DNA of 64,000 bases, from the NCBI GenBank assembly GCA_030264375.1, contig JASCQW010000061.1:116209457-116273456 (forward strand). The letters run 5' to 3'. Shown piece by piece: positions 25,030 to 37,530 of this stretch. Positions within the stretch are counted from its first letter, which is position 1. Each line of letters starts with the position of its first letter. The notes beneath the pieces were generated by a model, which did not search any database, was not told the DNA's origin, and saw nothing but the letters and a program-made list of their open reading frames with translations. A program made the translations under genes and the position numbers. This DNA comes from Carcharhinus longimanus. Lineage: Eukaryota.

Positions 25030-27570
25030 ATCATTACAGAGCAAGCTGACCGAGCTCTACAGGGCATAGCGTCGAGACTGGGTCTGCTGCAGATAGTGGG
25101 GGAACCAATAAGAGGGAAAAACAAACTTAACCGCATCCTCACCAACCTGCTTTCTGCAGATGCTGCTGTCCATAACAGTACTGGTAGGAATGACTACTGC
25201 TTGGTGCTTGTGGATGCGTGATGGCACAGTGGTTAGCACTGCTGCCTCCCAGCACCAGGGACCCAGGTTCAATTCCAGCCTTGGGCAACTGTCTGTGTGG
25301 AGTTTGCAGGTTTACCTATTCTCCTTGTGTCTGTGTGGGTTTCCTCCAGGTGCTCTGGTTTTTCCCACAGTTCAAAAATGTGAGGATTAGGATCATTGGC
25401 CAAGCTAAATTGCCTCTTAGTGTCTCAACATGTGTAGGTGAGGGAGATTTGCAGGGTAAACACGTGGAGTTTCCAGGATAGGTCTGGTTAAGATTCTCTG
25501 GTCAGTTGGTGCAGACTTGATTGGCCGAATAGCCTGCATCTTCACTGTAGGGATTCGATGATTCATATTGAGGATCCCTCCATTTTGTTGTGTGGCACGA
25601 TAACCACCATGCTAAATGGGATAGATGTCAAACAGATCTAGCAATTCAAGATTGGGAGCTTTGAGACACTGTGGGCCATCAGCAGCAGCAGAATCATACT
25701 CAGCCAAAACCTGTAAACACATGGCCTGGCATATCCCCATACCCATTACCAGGGGATCAACCCTGGTTCAATAAAAAGTGCAGGAGGGCAAGCCAGGAGC
25801 AGCACCAGGCGCATCTGAAAACAACCTGGTGGAGCAACAACACAGGACTGTTTGTGTGCCAGACACCATAAGCAATTCCACAACCAACGGATCAGATCTA
25901 AGCTCTGCAGTCCTGCCACACCTACCTGTGAATGTTGGAGGACAATTAAACTCACTGGANNNNNNNNNNNNNNNNNNNNNNNNNNNNNNNNNNNNNNNNN
26001 NNNNNNNNNNNNNNNNNNNNNNNNNNNNNNNNNNNNNNNNNNNNNNNNNNNNNNNNNNNNNNNNNNNNNNNNNNNNNNNNNNNNNNNNNNNNNNNNNNNN
26101 NNNNNNNNNNNNNNNNNNNNNNNNNNNNNNNNNNNNNNNNNNNNNNNNNNNNNNNNNNNNNNNNNNNNNNNNNNNNNNNNNNNNNNNNNNNNNNNNNNNN
26201 NNNNNNNNNNNNNNNNNNNNNNNNNNNNNNNNNNNNNNNNNNNNNNNNNNNNNNNNNNNNNNNNNNNNNNNNNNNNNNNNNNNNNNNNNNNNNNNNNNNN
26301 NNNNNNNNNNNNNNNNNNNNNNNNNNNNNNNNNNNNNNNNNNNNNNNNNNNNNNNNNNNNNNNNNNNNNNNNNNNNNNNNNNNNNNNNNNNNNNNNNNNN
26401 NNNNNNNNNNNNNNNNNNNNNNNNNNNNNNNNNNNNNNNNNNNNNNNNNNNNNNNNNNNNNNNNNNNNNNNNNNNNNNNNNNNNNNNNNNNNNNNNNNNN
26501 NNNNNNNNNNNNNNNNNNNNNNNNNNNNNNNNNNNNNNNNNNNNNNNNNNNNNNNNNNNNNNNNNNNTGATTGGAGCCATGCCTAGCACAAAGGAAGGTG
26601 ATTGTGGTTGTTTGAAGTCAATCATCTTAGTTCCAAGACATCACTGCAGGAGTTCATCAGAGTAGTGTCAACAACTTTCAACTGCTTCATCAATGACCTC
26701 CTTTCTATCATAAGCTCAGGATTGGGAATGTTTGCTGATAATTGTACAAAGTTCATTTGTGACTCCTCAGTCCATGTCCAAATGCAGCAAGACCTGGACA
26801 ATATCTAGGCTTGGGCTGACAAGTGACAAGTTATATTCATGCCACACAAATACCGAGCAATGACTATTCTCCAATAGGAGAGAAATTAACTATCTCCCAT
26901 TAATGTTCAGTGGCATTCACCATCACTAAAACCCCCACTGTCAACATCCTGGGAGTTACCATTGACCAGAGACTGAACTGGACTATATAAATACTGTGGC
27001 TACCAGAGCAGGTCAGAGGATAGGAATACTATGGCAAGTCATTTATTTTGTGACTCCACTAAGTCTATCTGCCATCTTCAAAGACAAAGGTCAGGAGCGT
27101 GATGGAATACTGTCCACTTGCCTGGATGGGTGCAGCTCCAGCAACACTCAAGAAGCTTGACACCATCCATGATGAAGCAGCCCACTTGATTGGAGCCCCT
27201 TCCACAAATGTTCATTCCATCCACCACTGACATACGGTAGCAGCAGTATGTACTATCTGCAAGATGCACTTCAAAGCTACCAAAGCTCCTTAGACAGCAC
27301 TACCTTCTAGAACGACAAGGGCAGCACCACGTAAGAACACAACCACCTGGAGGTTCCCCTCTAAGCCACTCACCATCCTAACTTGAAAACAGGTTGGTGT
27401 TCCTTCATCGTCGCTGGGTCTCAACCCTGGAACTGTGGGTGTACCTACACCACGTGGACAGCAGAGGTTCAAAAAGGCAGCTCACCAACACCTTCTCAAG
27501 CCTATTCGAGGTGGGCAACAAATGCTCGCCTCGCCAGTGACGCCCACATCCCATAAATGAATTTTATAAA
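25030..27570 (+). mobile_element. Second-family LINE (endonuclease/RT remnant), interrupted by a SINE at 25218-25565 and a large gap
   Basis: PWFNKKCRRA and FNCFINDL...MFADNC RT motifs; 3' end identical in kind to 15010-15377. Confidence 0.82.
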
Positions 27571-29556
27571 AGGGTCAGTGTGGCATCTGTCTGGCCACAG
27601 CTCACCTCAGAAATGAGGTCCAACCTAGGGCAAGAAGAAGTGTAGGAAACTTTGGCTAATAGATTCAGCTGAAGAGCTGACATTGACAGAAGAGTGATGA
27701 AAATAATGACCTCCTTCTCTGTTGTAAATATTAGAAAGTTGTACATTTAATGAAAGCTCCTGTTAAACTTTATTGTTTCAAACATCTTTTATGCCCCTGC
27801 AACCTCTGGCAAGATACGCTAGGCAGATGGTATAATGCCTGTCCCATCTTCATCATAACAGCTGGAGATGCCGAGAACCCAAAATATAACAAGGGCATTA
27901 AATGGATGCCAACAGCCCTGCCACTACATCTCAAAACTACTCTGTAAAATTTCCTGATCCTATTTATTAATTTTGCATATTAGAAATGGTTCAGACTGTG
28001 GCTTGACTGGGGGACTGGACCTTCTCGGTGTTTAAAGATTAAAATGTAGACAGACAATTTATCTGTTCTGAAGGTGGCAGCTGTGGGGTTGAGTTCTTTT
28101 AAAAATTTCTGTCTGCAGCCACATGGATAGTCAAAAAAAAAGACAGGGTTCAAAACTTGCAAATTATATAGAGAGACAGTGATCTTGCTTCTTAGGGTCT
28201 CATTTGCTCGTGCTGGTCTGCAGAAAAAAAACAGTTTAAGCAAACAAACATGTGTCACATAATTCTCTCTCCCCACCTACCCCTCAAATGGTTGTGGTGT
28301 AGTGGATTCCAGGTGCAGGGCTTATAGGATTAGATCATTTCTAGACAAATTCCTATCACAGCCAGAGTCCCATTGTCCAACTGATTACGTCTAATGGTTT
28401 GCCTTCGCACAGTTGAGCTTTATTAATATGTAGGCAATGGCCCCATTCATACTCCTTGAAGACAATTGTTCCTGGTGAGAATTTGCAAAAAGATTGGGCT
28501 GGGCACTTGCAAATTTGGGAGGCTATGCAAGTCTTTAAAAATGAGGTATGCCATGACCTTCCATATATGGGCCAATGCCTTGCGACTCTGATCTGCAGTT
28601 TGTATGGATGTGATTTAAATCAGTGAATCCCACTGTGCCCATACAGGCTCTTTGGTAAAGCTATCCAATTACTCCCACTTCCCTGATTTTTCCATATAGC
28701 CTTATCAATTTTCCTGATTCAAGTATCTTCCCAATTCCAAAGTTATTAATGAATCTGCTTCCACTACCTTTTCAAGCAGAGCATTTCAGATCAGAACAAC
28801 TCACTGCGTATCCACATCTCATCTCTTGACTCTTTTGTCAGAGTGACCTTAAATCTGTGACAAATCACAGTCAAATGTTGCAGCGCTTTTAACAGAGGAT
28901 TTGTACAGATGGAAGACAGATGTCTCGTGGAACAGTAGTAAAGCAAGTTGTCACTAGTCAGCCACAATCACTGGGTCATGCTGTGAGCTGAGAAGTTTCA
29001 GCAGAAATACAGACATGAATTTCAGGCATTGAGGCATCAGCCATTATGAGTATTGACCAGTCCAGTGAATCAAGTGATCTAAATCCAGGTTGATATACAA
29101 AACGCTCAATTCCATTGGGTTGCTAGTCTTGAAAACACCATTAGTTCAGACCTTCTGCATCTTGGTAATAAGTGAAAAGATTTGGCTACTTGACAAATCA
29201 GACGGTGGTTTGTATTTAAAAGTCAACATTGAGCTGGAACAGCTGAACACAAAGAGTAGTTGAGGTGAATAACATGATGCGTTTAAGAGAAAGTTAGATG
29301 AGTGTATGCGGAAGAAAGGAATAGCAACTTATGTGGATTGGGTGAGAAGAAGAAAGGTGTGAAGAGGCTCAAGTGGAACATTAATGCCACCAGAGAACAG
29401 TTGGGCCAAGTGGCCTATCTGCTGCTATACATTCTATGTCATTCTATTTATCTATTAAAGGATGTTACTATTTTTGAGATGTGACAGTTTTGTTTTGGCA
29501 GAGGCAATTACTCTTATTGATTAGACTAAGTAGATTATCTACCCCTTTTTCCTTAG

Positions 29557-29607
29557 GCCCTGACATGCTGTGGATCCTTCTTTGCTGTACCAGAATTATC
29601 TCAACAG
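29557..29607 (+). CDS. AMPH: Candidate alternative cassette exon of AMPH: ALTCCGSFFAVPELSQQ
   Basis: cccctttttccTTAG acceptor, CAG|GTAAAT donor, 51 nt, phase 0-0, no stop; dense YCAY cluster downstream; no counterpart in the canonical human protein as recalled. Confidence 0.4.
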
Positions 29608-29874
29608 GTAAATAGCAGTGATCTGCCATCACCTGTTTCTGTTTCATCAAATGCTCAAAATTAATTTTCCATCATTTCTAAATTGGTTACTTTTTTTAAA
29701 ATTCACTACTCCCCACCCCATCAATCTCTGTGACAATCAATCATGGATAATCATTCACATATCTGACCCCTCCATGGTCTGAGAGCAAGCCTGAATGCAC
29801 ACCTTCCCATTCTTGAATGGCTAGAATATCAGTGTTTGCACTTGGATTGGAATGAAGTGAAATTTCTCCATGGA

Positions 29875-30182
29875 ATAGAATCATAGAATCTGTACAGTGC
29901 AGAAGGAGGCCATTTAGCCCATTGAGTCTGCACCGACCATAATCCCACCCAGGCCCTATCCCCATAACCCCATGCATTTACCCTAGCTAGTCCCCCTGAT
30001 ACTAAGAGGCAATTTTGCATGGCCAATCCACCTAACCCCCACAACTTTGGACTGTGGGAGGAAACCGGAGCACCCAGAGGAAACTCACTCAGACATGGGG
30101 CGAATGTGCAAACCCCCCATAGACAGTGACCCAAGCCGGGAATCGAACCTGGATCCCTGGTGCCGTGAGGCAGCAGTGCTAC
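29875..30182 (-). mobile_element. V-SINE/HE1-type SINE
   Basis: Reverse-complement tail, V domain and B box. Confidence 0.88.
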
Positions 30183-30900
30183 TTACATGCTGATCGCTGA
30201 TTGTGCAAAGGAGACAAACAAAGCCTGGTGTTCCATACTGCTTCCTAGGGACAACAGCTACAGAATCCATGCACTGTTAATTCTCTCTCTCTCATAATTG
30301 ATCCTGTTTGATTTCCTGCAAGTTATCAGCTCAGCTCAATTGGACTCCCATCTATGAATTAGAGGGGCAAGTCTACTTTCAGATTAGACTATTTCAATGC
30401 TCTCCTGGCTGACTGCTGATCTTCCACCTGACCAAAAACAGTTGATTCAAAACACCTCGATTTAACTTCTTCATTCTTGTGTTTAAATTATTCTGTGGCT
30501 TGCCCCTCCCTATCTCTGTCATCTCCTCCATTCCTACAGCCATCTGAGAGAGAATCCAATCCTGGCCTTCTGCTATTTCCTTCACCCCACCATTGGCTGG
30601 TTGGGACATTGAGTGCATAATCAGCACTAGGACACAGATTTAAGATAATTGGCAAAAGAAGCAGAGGGGAGATGAGATTTTTCTTTTCTGCAGCAAGTTG
30701 TTATAATCACGCCTGAAAGGGTACTGGAAGCAGTTACTTTCAAAGGGGGAATTGAATACATTCTTAAATGGAAAAAAATGTACAGCCATGTGGAGGGAGC
30801 AGGGAGTCAAACTGATAGAATTATCTATTTGAAAGAGCTAATAAAGGCAAAATGGACCAAATGCTCTACGCCGTGCTTTCTGATTCTCTGCTCCCCACAG

Positions 30901-31074
30901 ATCAACCGGAGCTCAAAGAGTAATGGTTACCATGGAAACAGTTACATGGTTACCAAAGATCAACATAACTCATCCACATCTGGCATGCCTTTATTGCCAT
31001 TGCCCCAGAGCTTTCTGAATCAAACACAAAATAACCTGGCTGCAGGATTAGCTGCAATTGGAACTGTCACATGA
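30901..31074 (+). CDS. AMPH: Candidate alternative terminal exon of AMPH: INRSSKSNGYHG...LAAIGTVT*
   Basis: tttctgattctctgctccccaCAG acceptor at 30900; open phase-0 frame of 57 codons to TGA 31072-31074; AATAAA at 31086 and 31136. Confidence 0.25.
   Translation: MNRSSKSNGYHGNSYMVTKDQHNSSTSGMPLLPLPQSFLNQTQNNLAAGLAAIGTVT
30926..30939. promoter_or_regulatory. RFX X-box-like palindrome GTTACCATGGAAAC
   Basis: Matches the consensus GTTNCCATGGNAAC; a second half-matching site GTTACATGGTTAC follows immediately. Confidence 0.4.
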
Positions 31075-31759
31075 TCGATACCGGCAATAAAAATTCTGCA
31101 ATGGAAAATGCATCTTTCTTTTAATAACACGACAAAATAAATCTGTTTAAGATTTCCTCTTTCTTATGCACCATTGAACACTTGCCAAGAGAGTGCCATC
31201 ACTATTTGAGGTATTATCTTGCAAGCACAGATTCAAGAATGAAATACGTTAGCTGCACCCACCGTATGTCGAATCGCCTCACTCCTCATTTGTTCTCGTT
31301 GTGAGGATGACGATTTACCCTTTTCTTATAGAAGACAAATCAGACAGTCAGATCTCTTAAATGGATTTGCTTTTGATGCCACATGACCCTGGCTGTTATT
31401 CTCCCACTTCTGTCAGCTCCTGCAGGTTCCTCTGCATTTTTATTCTTTCATTTGGGTCACTCCATTTACAGCCTCACCATCTTAGCTCTATCCTTCCAAC
31501 TGATCTTGTCTGAGCTGGAGCCCTTTCCCAAACTGTCATACTTGGTGTATTAGTATTCTAATATACCTATGCTCTGCCTGCAGCAATCCTCTTTTTAAAA
31601 AATTGAGAACTTACATTTGTACATGATCTTAAGTGCCCCAAAGTGCTTTGTAGCTAATTTTAGCCACATAGGAAATGCTAACACTGAATTGAACATAGGC
31701 AGGTCTCACAATTAATACAGAGTTAATGAGATCATCTATTTTCCTGATGTTGCTTGAGA

Positions 31760-32450
31760 ATTGAGGCGCAGAAGGATCTAGGAGTGCAAGTACATAGTTT
31801 GTTGAAAGCGGCGTCACAGATAGACAGAGTGGAGAAGACACATTGATCTTCATCGATCAGGGCATTATATATAGGAACTGGGGCATTATGATATAGTTGT
31901 ATAAGTCATTGGTGAGGCTGCACTCGGAGTGTTGTGTACAATTTTAATCACCCTGTTATAGGAAAGATATTGATAAATTGGAAAGAGTGTAAAGAAGATT
32001 TACGAGGATGTTGCCAGGACTGGTGGGTCTGAGCTTTTTAGGGAGAGGTTGGCCAGGCTAAGACTTTATTTCTTGGAACATAGGAGAATCAGGGGTGACC
32101 TTATTGAGGTGCATAAAATCATGAAAGTCATAGATAGGATGAACACTCAGTCTTTTTCCCAGGGTAGGGGAATTGAAAGCTAGAAGGCATAGGTTTAAAG
32201 TGAGAGGGGAAAGATTTAAAAGGTATCTGAGGGGCAACTTCTTCACGCAGAGGGTAGTGCATAGATGGAATGAGCTGCCAGAGAAGATGGTTAAAGGCAG
32301 GCTCGATACCAACATTTAAAAAGCATTTAGATAAGTACATGGAGGGGAAAGGATTAGAGAGCCAAAAGTGGGCAATTGGGACCAGCTGGGAGGGCACCAT
32401 GGTCAGCATGGACCGGCTGGCCTGAAGGGCCTGTTTCTCTGCTGAATTGC
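31760..32450 (+). mobile_element. CR1 LINE 3' fragment
   Basis: LYKSLVRLHSECCVQF...ARRHRFKVRGERF remnants and a CR1 tail. Confidence 0.85.
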
Positions 32451-32821
32451 TTGAAAACTCTAATTGCGCATTGGTCAGGACATCAGTGAGAATTTCCCTG
32501 CTTGTGTTGAAATAGTGCAATGGAATTTTTTATATCCATCTGAGACTTCATTTAATTGTTCATCCAAAAGACAGCAGCCTTGACAGTGCAGCACTCCCTC
32601 CATACCAGACTCCAGAGTGGGACTTAAACTCACAAGCTGCTGACTCAGAGTCAATGATTTTGCTGCTGAGCCAAAGGATGACATCTTACAATGGGATACC
32701 ATGTCTCTGCATTTCTACCAGTAGTTCACTATTGCTTACAGTGAAAATGCACAGCCACAGGTTTTTATTTCTCATGCCCAGTACACTTCAATTATCTGCC
32801 TCAGTGTAAGGATGTAGTCTG

Positions 32822-33420
32822 TGTGTGGTAGGGTGGCCTCTTTAAGGAGCAGTTGTTTGTGGATCACATGACTCACCTGGGGCCTATCAGAAAGAAGCAT
32901 GCAACCCTTCACTTATTGGGTGTTAGGCCCAGGTCCTGGTAGGAGGGAACCTTCAGTATGAGCTCAGCAGTCATTGGGACTAAACCTGTACTTACGCTGA
33001 GCTGGTTTGTTTATAGTTTAACTATCCTTCAGTAGATCACCATTGTGGTTCAAAGCTTCCTCATTGTGAAAGCTCATATTGGTGATGAGAATAAACTGGC
33101 CTACAGTTATTAAGATGTCAACATCTGGAGGGGAAGAGTGGAATCCCTGTAAAATCTGCAAGGAAGGTAAAATGTTGTGCCAGGAAAATAGATCTGTTTG
33201 ATCCGGAGGTTGAAAGTTGGTGCCAGTACATCAAAAAATATCAGTACTTTTTTGCAGCCAAACAACTGCTAAAGAAAAAGGGAAAATTATGTTACTCGTG
33301 CTTTGTGGTCCTCATAAATATAACCTCGTAAGATGACATATATCTCCGGAGACACCAGATACAAAATCCTACAACCAGCTAATTGCACTAGTAAGTGACA
33401 AGGTCTCACATTGCATCTGC
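32822..33420 (+). mobile_element. Gypsy 5' fragment (LTR, PBS, gag start)
   Basis: LTR resembles 53013-53270 and 55173-55337; TGGTGATGAG PBS-like at ~33079; gag remnants KIDLFDPEVESWCQYI and SPETPDTKSYNQLIALV. Confidence 0.7.
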
Positions 33421-34890
33421 TATGTAAAGTTAAAGTGATTGCAGGTAATGTTTTGAGATGGATAAAACCTGGTTTGCAGACAGGAAGCAAAGAGTTGGCA
33501 TAAATGGGTCTTCTTTTGCTGATTGGCAGTCAGTAACTGGTAGGGTACTGCAGGATTCTGTGCTAGGACCCCAACTATTCACATTATATATTAATGACAT
33601 AGACAAGGGAATTAAATGTATTATCTCCAAATTTGCAGATGATACAAAGTTGGGTGAGCTGTGAGAAGGATGCAGAAATGCTTCAGTGTGATTTGGACAT
33701 GTTGAGTGAGTGGGCAGATGCAGTATAATATGGATAAATGTGAGGTTATCCACTTCAGTAGCAAAAATAGAAAGGCAGATTATTTATATGGGTATAAATC
33801 TAGAGAAGTGGACACCCAGCGAGACCTTTGTATCTTCGTGCATCAGTTGCTGAAAGTAAGAAGGTACAGTAGGTAATAAAGAAGGCAAATGGTAGGTTGG
33901 CTTTCACAGCGAGAGGATTTGAGTATAGAAATAGGGATGTTTTACTGCAATTGTATAGAGCATTGGTGAGTTTTGTGTTCAGTTTTGGTGTCCTTATCTG
34001 AGGAGGGATGTTCTTGCTATAGAGAGAGTGCAGCAAAGATTCCCCAGGCTGATTCCTGGGATGACAGGAGAGACTAAGTCAGTTAGGATTATATTCACAG
34101 GAGTTTAGAAGAGTGAAAGAGAATCTCAAAGAAACTTTGAAAATTCTAACAGGATTACACAGGGCAAATTCAGAAAGAATGTTCCCAGTAGTGGGGAAGT
34201 CCAGATCCAGGGGTCATAGTTTGAGGGTAACCTTTTCGGACTGATGTGAGGAAAAATCTCTTCACACAGAGAGTGTTAAATCTATGGAATTCACTGCCAG
34301 AGAAAGTAGTTGATGACAAAAAAATGTGTAATTTCTAGAAGGAATTAGATATAGCTCTTGGAGCTAAAAAGATGAAGGGATACGGGGGGAAAGTGGGATC
34401 AGGGTATTGAATTTGATGGTCAGCTATGATCAGAATGAATGATGGAGCAGGCTCAAAGGGCCAGATGGCCAAATGATAGGTTGAGGGAGCTAGGCCTCTT
34501 CTCCCTGGAGAGACGAAGGTTGAGAGGCGACCTGATAGAGGTTTATAAAATGTTGAGAGGAATAGATAGGGTGGATTCTTGGAGGCTATTTCCCAGGGCT
34601 GAAATGGTCGCTGCGAGAGGACACAGGTTTAAGGTGCTGGGAAGCAAGTACTGAAGAGATGTTAAGGGTGAGTTTTTCACTCAGAGGGTGGTGAGTGAGT
34701 GGAATCAGCTGCCGTCAGTGGTGGTAGAGGCAAACTCACTGGGGGCTTTTAAAAGACTTCTGGATGAGTATATCGGAATTAATGGGATTGGGAGTTACAG
34801 ATAGTTCTATGGCCTGGTAGGTATGGATGTGATCGACGCAACTTGTGGGCCAAAGGGCCTGTTTGTGCTGTAGTGTTCTATGTTCTATGT
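33420..34890 (+). mobile_element. Two tandem CR1 LINE 3' fragments
   Basis: ORF 33458 QRVGING...VLGPQLFTLYINDID...KFADDTKLG; ORF 34439 [23 protein letters not shown]; ttctatgttctatg tail at ~34880. Confidence 0.92.
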
Positions 34891-36563
34891 AACATGGCCA
34901 GGCAGCAACCTGGCAATTTCCCTTGGCACTGTGTCCAGCAGAGGTTGGCAGTAACAGGTTGGCAGTGCCAACCTGTGCTGGGGGCAATGCTGGGGTGAAC
35001 CCAATGGGAGCCTCATGGGGGCAGGGGGGGCCAGGGAGGAAGGGAATTATTTATTTTTGGTGGTGGGGAGAGTGGACATGGGAGCTGGGGGTGACAGAAA
35101 TGTGGGTGGGTTGGGGGAAAGAGGTCTGACGTTCGGGGAAAGTGGGGGCCAGCAATGGCTGTTTGGGTGGGTGTTGGGGGGCAAGGGTCAGATATTCTGG
35201 GGTAATTGAGAGAGTGCCGGCATTGACTATTTGGGTGGGTGGGGTCCCTCATTACTGTTTTCAGAGAGCAGAGACGCCAGCTCTGATGGTGAGAGGAAGG
35301 GACAGATGCTGGTTCTGATCGCCAGGCTAAATGCTAGCTCTGATCATTGGGGTAGGAGGGTGTGGGGTGCCCCTGAGGTTTCTGTCATGGGGTAAGCGTT
35401 GTTATTTTTTGGTCTGATTGGGGCACCCATTAAACATGGTGTCCCTATCTCAGTGCAGTTGGCCTATGCTGGCATGTTTAGGCCCTGCCCTGCTATAGGA
35501 TGGCGTGAAACACACCCAGCTATTTATTTTTGACAGAATGTTATGAAAAAAGGATAGTAACATGTTGTTTTGCTTACCAGAACCAATACTCAGCCATTGT
35601 TTGAAAAGATTTCACCCCCAGAGCTACATAATACTTCAGCTTCCTCGGATTTTGCGAACCATCCCTGTAAAGTAATCAAACTCCCCAGGTCATAACTGCA
35701 ATCTGCTTCTTGTGTTTATGTGAAAAGGAAGTTCAAAATATGGGGTGTTAATTCACTGTGAAGTGTGCCGGTCTTTGTTATTACATTGCAAAGTCAGATT
35801 GAATAGCGCAATAATCAGACCCAGTGTTAATGGCCATGCACTGAATCCCAACACATTGAACAAGAAGCCCATTGCCTTACATAACACTTCACATTTTCCT
35901 CATGTTACCACAGTTACTTGTCTTTTCTCCAAGAAAACAATACTTTGGGTAATTACACAAGAAAATATGAATCACATGATAATTAGATTCAAACTAGTAT
36001 TTAGATCTCACTGTAAATCCCATCATTTTTATTGCTTGCTACTCAGACTGCACAAGCTTTAACCTTACAGATGTTGAACTTTGCATTTGCGGTCATTGTC
36101 TCCCAGTATCAGATTCAAAGATTTTGCAAATTTGCACAGTTGGGTTGGAACATATGTTGCAACTCAATCACTGCATTTAAATAATAAACTATGAAAAGAC
36201 AACTCAAGCACGCTGTGAAAAATCACCTGGCTCCTCCAATTTGTCACAACATGACCTGACCCAGTTCTATGTTGAAAAAATCCAGTCGTGCAGTCTTTCT
36301 CTGTCAAGCCTACAGCTACGGTGGAGTTTGACATTGTTTGCGAATGTCGCAGTCTTTTGTCACAACTGCTGTTACTCTCTGTCATAAGGTCAAATGGCAT
36401 TGAAAGTAACATGACATGGAATCAACAACTAAGGTAACAGTTCTCAGGTATATTGCATTTTGAAAGGATGTTGTGATACACAGCTATTATGTATCAAACA
36501 TGTCATTTGCTTTTTCAATGAGATACGCTGTGTCACAAATAATTCTTTTAAGAGCTGAGTAGT

Positions 36564-36968
36564 GACACGGTGGCACAGTGGTTAGCACTGCTGCCTCACA
36601 GTGCTAGGGACCCAGGTTCAATTCCTGGCCTGGGTCACTGTCTGTGCAGAGTTTGCATGTTTTCCCCATGTCTGTGTGGGTTTCCTCCCACAGTCTAAAA
36701 GATGNNNNNNNNNNNNNNNNNNNNNNNNNNNNNNNNNNNNNNNNNNNNNNNNNNNNNNNNNNNNNNNNNNNNNNNNNNNNNNNNNNNNNNNNNNNNNNNN
36801 NNNNGGCCAGGCTAAGAAATTGCCCTTTAGTGTCCAGGGATGAGTAAGTTAGAGGGATTAGTGGGTAAAATATGTAAGGATATGGGGGTAGCGCCTGGGT
36901 GGGATTGTGTTCGGTGCAGACTCGATGGGCCGAAGGGCTTCTTTCTGCACTGTAATGTTCTATGATTC
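36564..36968 (+). mobile_element. V-SINE/HE1-type SINE (contains a gap)
   Basis: gtggcacagtggttagcactgctgcctcacag head, ggttcaattcc B box, CR1-like tail. Confidence 0.88.
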
Positions 36969-36974
36969 TCTGTG

Positions 36975-37530
36975 AAGTCCTCACAACACCTCATCTGGAG
37001 CACTATCTGCAGTTCTGACATTGTATCCCAGAGATGATTTATTAGTTTTAAAAAGAGTTGCAGCACAGATTCACTAGAATATTATCAGGGCTCCAAGAGT
37101 TAAATAATGAAGAGAGATTACATAAACAAGGCTTTGTATTTTCTGGAATCTGAAAGGTTGATTGATGCTCTAAGGATGTTGAAAGGAACTGGCAGAGTGA
37201 ATAGAAAGAATCTTTTCCTGCAAGTAAGAGGCTCTAGGACAAAGGAACCTAATCTTGAAATCAGAACCCAGATAATTCAGGAGATTGTAAAAAGTACTTC
37301 TTCATGCAAAGGCTGATCAAAGTATGGTGCACATTCTCCTGCATAACAGCAAATGATCGTCCAATTATAAATTTTAAACCTGAGGTTGATAAATTATTGC
37401 TCGTCAAGGATATGTAAGGGTACGGAGCCAAGGCAGGTAAGTTGAGTTAAGATATGTATCAGCCATGATTTTGTTGAATAGTGAACAGGCTTGAGGAGCT
37501 GTGATGGCTTATTCCTGTTCCAGTGTTTTC
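36975..37530 (+). mobile_element. Old CR1 3' fragment
   Basis: Degenerate RT C-terminus (ORF 37107..37316) and tail atcagccatgattttgttgaat...ttcctgttcc. Confidence 0.7.

Noticed and set aside
20802-26665. Long ORFs containing X runs (e.g. 20802..21257, 25778..26665)
   Set aside because: They are open only because they cross N gaps.
36309-36447. Exon-like segment with an AAG acceptor and two possible donors
   Set aside because: Lengths of 125 or 139 nt break the frame, and the alternative 45-nt version contains a stop.
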